IMG/VR virus record: IMGVR_UViG_3300038345_000144
Strand: one strand, 5' to 3'
From: a virus
Lineage: Duplodnaviria > Caudoviricetes
DNA length: 64,000 bases
The notes below the pieces were generated by a model. The model saw only the letters and a program-made list of their open reading frames with translations. It did no database searches and was not told the DNA's origin. Within the stretch, counting starts at the first letter, position 1, and each line of letters opens with the position of its first letter. Below, one piece after another: positions 60,967 through 64,000 of the stretch. Both the position numbers and the translations under genes were made by a program.

Positions 60967-61761
60967 TTACTCTCCTACATAAATCAGTTTTTCAAGATAT
61001 TCTCTGTTCTCACCCTTGAGAATAGGCATTTCCTTATCAACAAACCACTTGCCGTTTGCATCCTTAATACAAGCAGTACCTCTCTTCTGTGTAATAGGAA
61101 ATTTATCCCAGTTAATGTTGTAGGTACTCCAGAGCATTTCCTGAATGTCATCACAACTCTTGTTGTTAAGTTCCTTGTGTGAGAAGTATGCCCTACCAAC
61201 CATCTGAATACTGTTTCTTGTAGCGTCCTGCTGTCTCCAGTAAACAAGGTTAGTAACCTCTTCCTTTGGAATGTTAAAGCAACGAGCGTCAAACATAGCA
61301 CCCTTTTCAAGAGCCTTGTAAAGTGAGTTGACATACTTCTTGTCCTCGTCCTCTATGTTCCAAGCCTCATTGATATAATCAATATCCTCTTTTGCCTTAC
61401 TTCTAAATATTCTATTGAATACCATAGTTGCCATAGAAGCAGAAATACTGCACATCTTCTGAACTTCGTAATCAAACCACGCTGAAGTGTCCTTCTTCTG
61501 ATAGTCAATGAGAATAAGAGTAATCTCATCTGACTGTGTGTAACCAAATACACAGCCCTGAATATTCTCACAGAGATACTTCATTGTCTCCTGCATTGAC
61601 TCCATCAGGACCATATCAAAAGGCTTTCTGAACCCTCTTGTAAAAGTGTGGAACGCCTTACCATCAATTCTAATTGCAACAGGCGTTCTTCTCATTAACC
61701 TTGTCTTTGGAATACCCTCATAGTATTCCTTCATTCTTGTACCAAGACTATCCTTTATCAT
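60967..61761 (-). CDS. thg1: tRNA(His) guanylyltransferase / Thg1-like protein
   Basis: RIDGKAFHTFT, GYTQSDEI, FDARCF, WRQQDATRNS. Confidence 0.92.
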   Translation of the reverse strand: MIKDSLGTRMKEYYEGIPKTRLMRRTPVAIRIDGKAFHTFTRGFRKPFDMVLMESMQETMKYLCENIQGCVFGYTQSDEITLILIDYQKKDTSAWFDYEVQKMCSISASMATMVFNRIFRSKAKEDIDYINEAWNIEDEDKKYVNSLYKALEKGAMFDARCFNIPKEEVTNLVYWRQQDATRNSIQMVGRAYFSHKELNNKSCDDIQEMLWSTYNINWDKFPITQKRGTACIKDANGKWFVDKEMPILKGENREYLEKLIYVGE

Positions 61762-61772
61762 ATTAAATCTCC

Positions 61773-61976
61773 TTAATTGTTTCCGTTACCACTCTGCATA
61801 ATCCAATATGCCCAAGCAGGAACCTCTGAAATAGGCTTGTCGCCATACTCAATAAAGGCAAATACCTTCAAAATGATTGTACCAACCACCAGTGCAACCA
61901 CCAGAACGATAGCAACAATCAGCAAAATTTCTGTGAAGGTAAAACCTCTCTTATTGTTCTTGTGTATTCTTCTCAT
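61773..61976 (-). CDS. Miniature type IV prepilin-like protein
   Basis: MRRIHKNNKRG|FTFTEILLIVAIVLVVALVVG class III signal with Glu+5; AAGGAG RBS; 67 aa. Confidence 0.75.
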   Translation of the reverse strand: MRRIHKNNKRGFTFTEILLIVAIVLVVALVVGTIILKVFAFIEYGDKPISEVPAWAYWIMQSGNGNN

Positions 61977-61987
61977 CTGTTGTCTCC

Positions 61988-62912
61988 TTACCAGCAACGC
62001 TTTGAGTCTACAAGATACTCATAGCCATCGAACTCAAGAATTTTCCACTTCATATTGTCGGGGATTTTTACAACCTCAAGGTCTGAAACCCTTGTGTTTG
62101 CCTTTTCCCCAAGTTCCTTAACAACCTCAATCAAAATAGGGTCAACTCGAATGTCCTTCTTACCGTTAAGGTGTTCAATTCTCTGCCTTTTAGGTATCTT
62201 CTTGGTGTCAACGACATCGCCAAAGTCCTTCTGTGTGTAGAAAATCTTATTGAACTGTTTGTGAGGCTTATCCAAATCCTGAAGTGTCATTTTTATGCAC
62301 TTACCATAAGTCTCTTCTTCAATAAATGAGAAAGCCTTGTTTGTAGGCTTAAACTGGTGGGAAGTATTCTCCCCATAAATGAAAAGCCCATTACGCTCAA
62401 CACAACGCTTACGCCACTCCTTGTAGGCTTTTGTTGAAATTTCAAAACCGCCGTAGCACTTGTTAATTATGATTTCCATTGTTATCTCTCCTTTTGTATT
62501 AGTTTTTATATTACACAGGACTATCCAACTGAATTTCCTGCTGTCTCTTACTTTCCCACTTATCACGAAGTTTCAGATAATAAGCGTACTCTTCGGCATC
62601 TGCCTTTTCTCTTTTAAGAGCCTCTCTCTTCATTCCTCGTTCCTTTAACCAAGCATCAAAGTCAGCCTTTGTTGCATTAGTAAACAAGAAAGACAAAGGG
62701 ATTGTCTTTTCAAATGTACCTGAATTGGTACGAATTCCGAGAAAATGCAAAAGGTCGATGTCTTCTAACTGTTCAACATCTTCAGTGAGTTCAAAAATTT
62801 TGAACTTTTCTATCTCAATGCCCCAGATATTTCTGATGACATCCTTTGCCTTATTCTGAAGGCGGTCATAGTCCTTAATGGTTTCCTTTGCTTCTTCGAT
62901 GTAATATCGCAT
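61988..62912 (-). CDS. Two hypothetical genes (61988-62479, 62511-62912)
   Basis: IINKCYGGF...RVDPILIEVVKELG...EFDGYE phage motif in the first; RBSs. Confidence 0.65.
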
Positions 62913-63000
62913 TTGTATTCTCCTTTTGTGTTGTTTTTAACACAATCATAATAACACAAGAATTACAAACTTGTAAATAGCCTGAATGAAATCACAATAC

Positions 63001-63250
63001 AAATAAAGGACCCTCCTGTATATTGCTATACAAGAGGGCATCGTAATGGAAGAAAAAACAATGAAACAATCATAAAATACTTAAAATCGTTAAGTATCAC
63101 GCCTGCTTCGTCGCTGTGTACTATTATTTAACCATACTTCAGGGTCTATTGTAAATGGTGAAAATTAAAAAGAAGCCAATGGTCTCACACTGGCTCCCGT
63201 ATGTTTCTAAAAGGAAAGGAGGGCTGAACCTTTTGGGGATTAGAAACACT
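63001..63250 (-). ncRNA. Two tandem candidate small RNAs (~63001-63120 and ~63165-63250)
   Basis: Each has a promoter-like element, a pyrimidine-rich anti-RBS stretch and a minus-oriented hairpin with U-tract; no ORF. Confidence 0.4.
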
Positions 63251-63333
63251 ATTAGTATATATCATTTTGCTATATTTAGAAAGTACCTTTGCGAAAGTGT
63301 AATCTATTTTTAATTTTGGCGGTTATACTATCA

Positions 63334-63795
63334 TTTGTAATCTAATTGTAATATAAATGACACATAACTCCTTATCATTATATTGACATTTAGAAAATAA
63401 GATGCTATATTATAATCATTAAAAGAAAGGAAGACTTGAAAATGAATACAAAGCGTTATGAAATGGACCGTGGAGCAAGAGCAAAGTTCATCGAAGAACT
63501 CGGTGGTGCAGGACTTACAATCGACATTATCCATAATGTTGATAAGGGACATAGAGACGGTCTTGAAAGACACGAAATCACAGAAAACGGTATCATCAGA
63601 ATATTCAATGAGGCTACTGGTAAGCATATCACAGACCTTATTGCAAGACCCGAACAGATTTTGAGATACTACACACAGCCTGACCTTTATGGAGAGCATA
63701 AGTACCCGAAGGGAATTCAGAAGGTTCTTCGTCTCGCAAAGGAGCATACAGAACTTGGTTTCAACTATAAGTAATTATTACAATTTGATTACAAA
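63334..63795. repeat. 20-bp inverted repeat (19/20) flanking the 63436-63774 gene, each arm a TGTAAT-N5-TGTAAT box
   Basis: TTTGTAATCTAATTGTAATA (63334-63353) vs TATTACAATTTGATTACAAA (63776-63795). Confidence 0.8.
63436..63774 (+). CDS. Hypothetical protein
   Basis: TTGACA-N17-TATATT promoter and GAAAGGA RBS upstream. Confidence 0.7.
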   Translation: MKMNTKRYEMDRGARAKFIEELGGAGLTIDIIHNVDKGHRDGLERHEITENGIIRIFNEATGKHITDLIARPEQILRYYTQPDLYGEHKYPKGIQKVLRLAKEHTELGFNYK

Positions 63796-63865
63796 GTTGA
63801 TTTTAAGGTTGGTTTTTAGAGAAAAAGAGCACATAGTAGTAATAGACGCAAGGAGAATAGATAGT

Positions 63866-64000
63866 ATGACAATGAAGAAGTACAGAGAAAAGTTAGAGAT
63901 ACAGGCAAGGGTAAATCCTGGTCATAAGACCAAGTATGAACCCAAGCCCTCAAGGAACTTTGTTATCCTTTCAAATAAGGATAAGCACTGTTCCAGACAG
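63866..64000 (+). CDS. Hypothetical protein, 5' part, truncated by window end
   Basis: AAGGAG RBS; open frame to the window end. Confidence 0.5.
   Translation, partial: MTMKKYREKLEIQARVNPGHKTKYEPKPSRNFVILSNKDKHCSRQ

Noticed and set aside
396-62648. Many antisense or nested ORFs in the track (e.g. 641-1087, 9099-9533, 45243-45713, 37509-37883)
   Set aside because: Shadow frames of well-supported genes; no RBS or recognisable motifs
1-64000. tRNA/rRNA genes, stop-codon recoding, reverse transcriptase, transposase or integrase
   Set aside because: No cloverleaf or T-loop signatures noticed; conserved genes are uninterrupted in the standard code; no such motifs seen

Overview
Gene-dense, low-GC segment that looks like the replication, transcription and accessory region of a large phage (or phage-plasmid) of a Bacillota/Clostridia-type host. 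Evidence: sigmaA-like TTTACA-N17/18-TATAAT promoters, strong GGAG RBSs and standard genetic code. No virion genes, tRNAs or rRNAs were seen, so phage identity is inferred. Minus strand 1-34.7 kb: type II topoisomerase (B subunit plus start of A), a minimal three-part two-barrel RNA polymerase, nucleases, thyA, primase, helicase, loader, initiator, Holliday-junction resolvase and RecA. Plus strand 34.9-42.8 kb: a mosaic of small Zn-ribbon and hypothetical genes. Minus strand 42.8-63 kb: SleB-like hydrolase, a complete type I-E interference operon (cas8e-cas11-cas7-cas5-cas6e-cas3, no cas1/cas2, no adjacent array), an intein-split radical SAM gene, metallophosphoesterase, ECF S component, Thg1 and a miniature type IV prepilin. 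Most notable: (i) a degenerate I-E-like mini-array about 25 kb from the cas genes with 56/23/33-nt spacers; (ii) two repeat-like hairpins on the cas3 translation start that could be Cas6 substrates; (iii) a mini-pilin plus a prepilin-peptidase-like gene; (iv) the split RNAP with stand-alone sigma-domain fragments, one membrane-anchored; (v) candidate anti-Shine-Dalgarno sRNAs. All calls are by-eye motif recognition; no searches were run.
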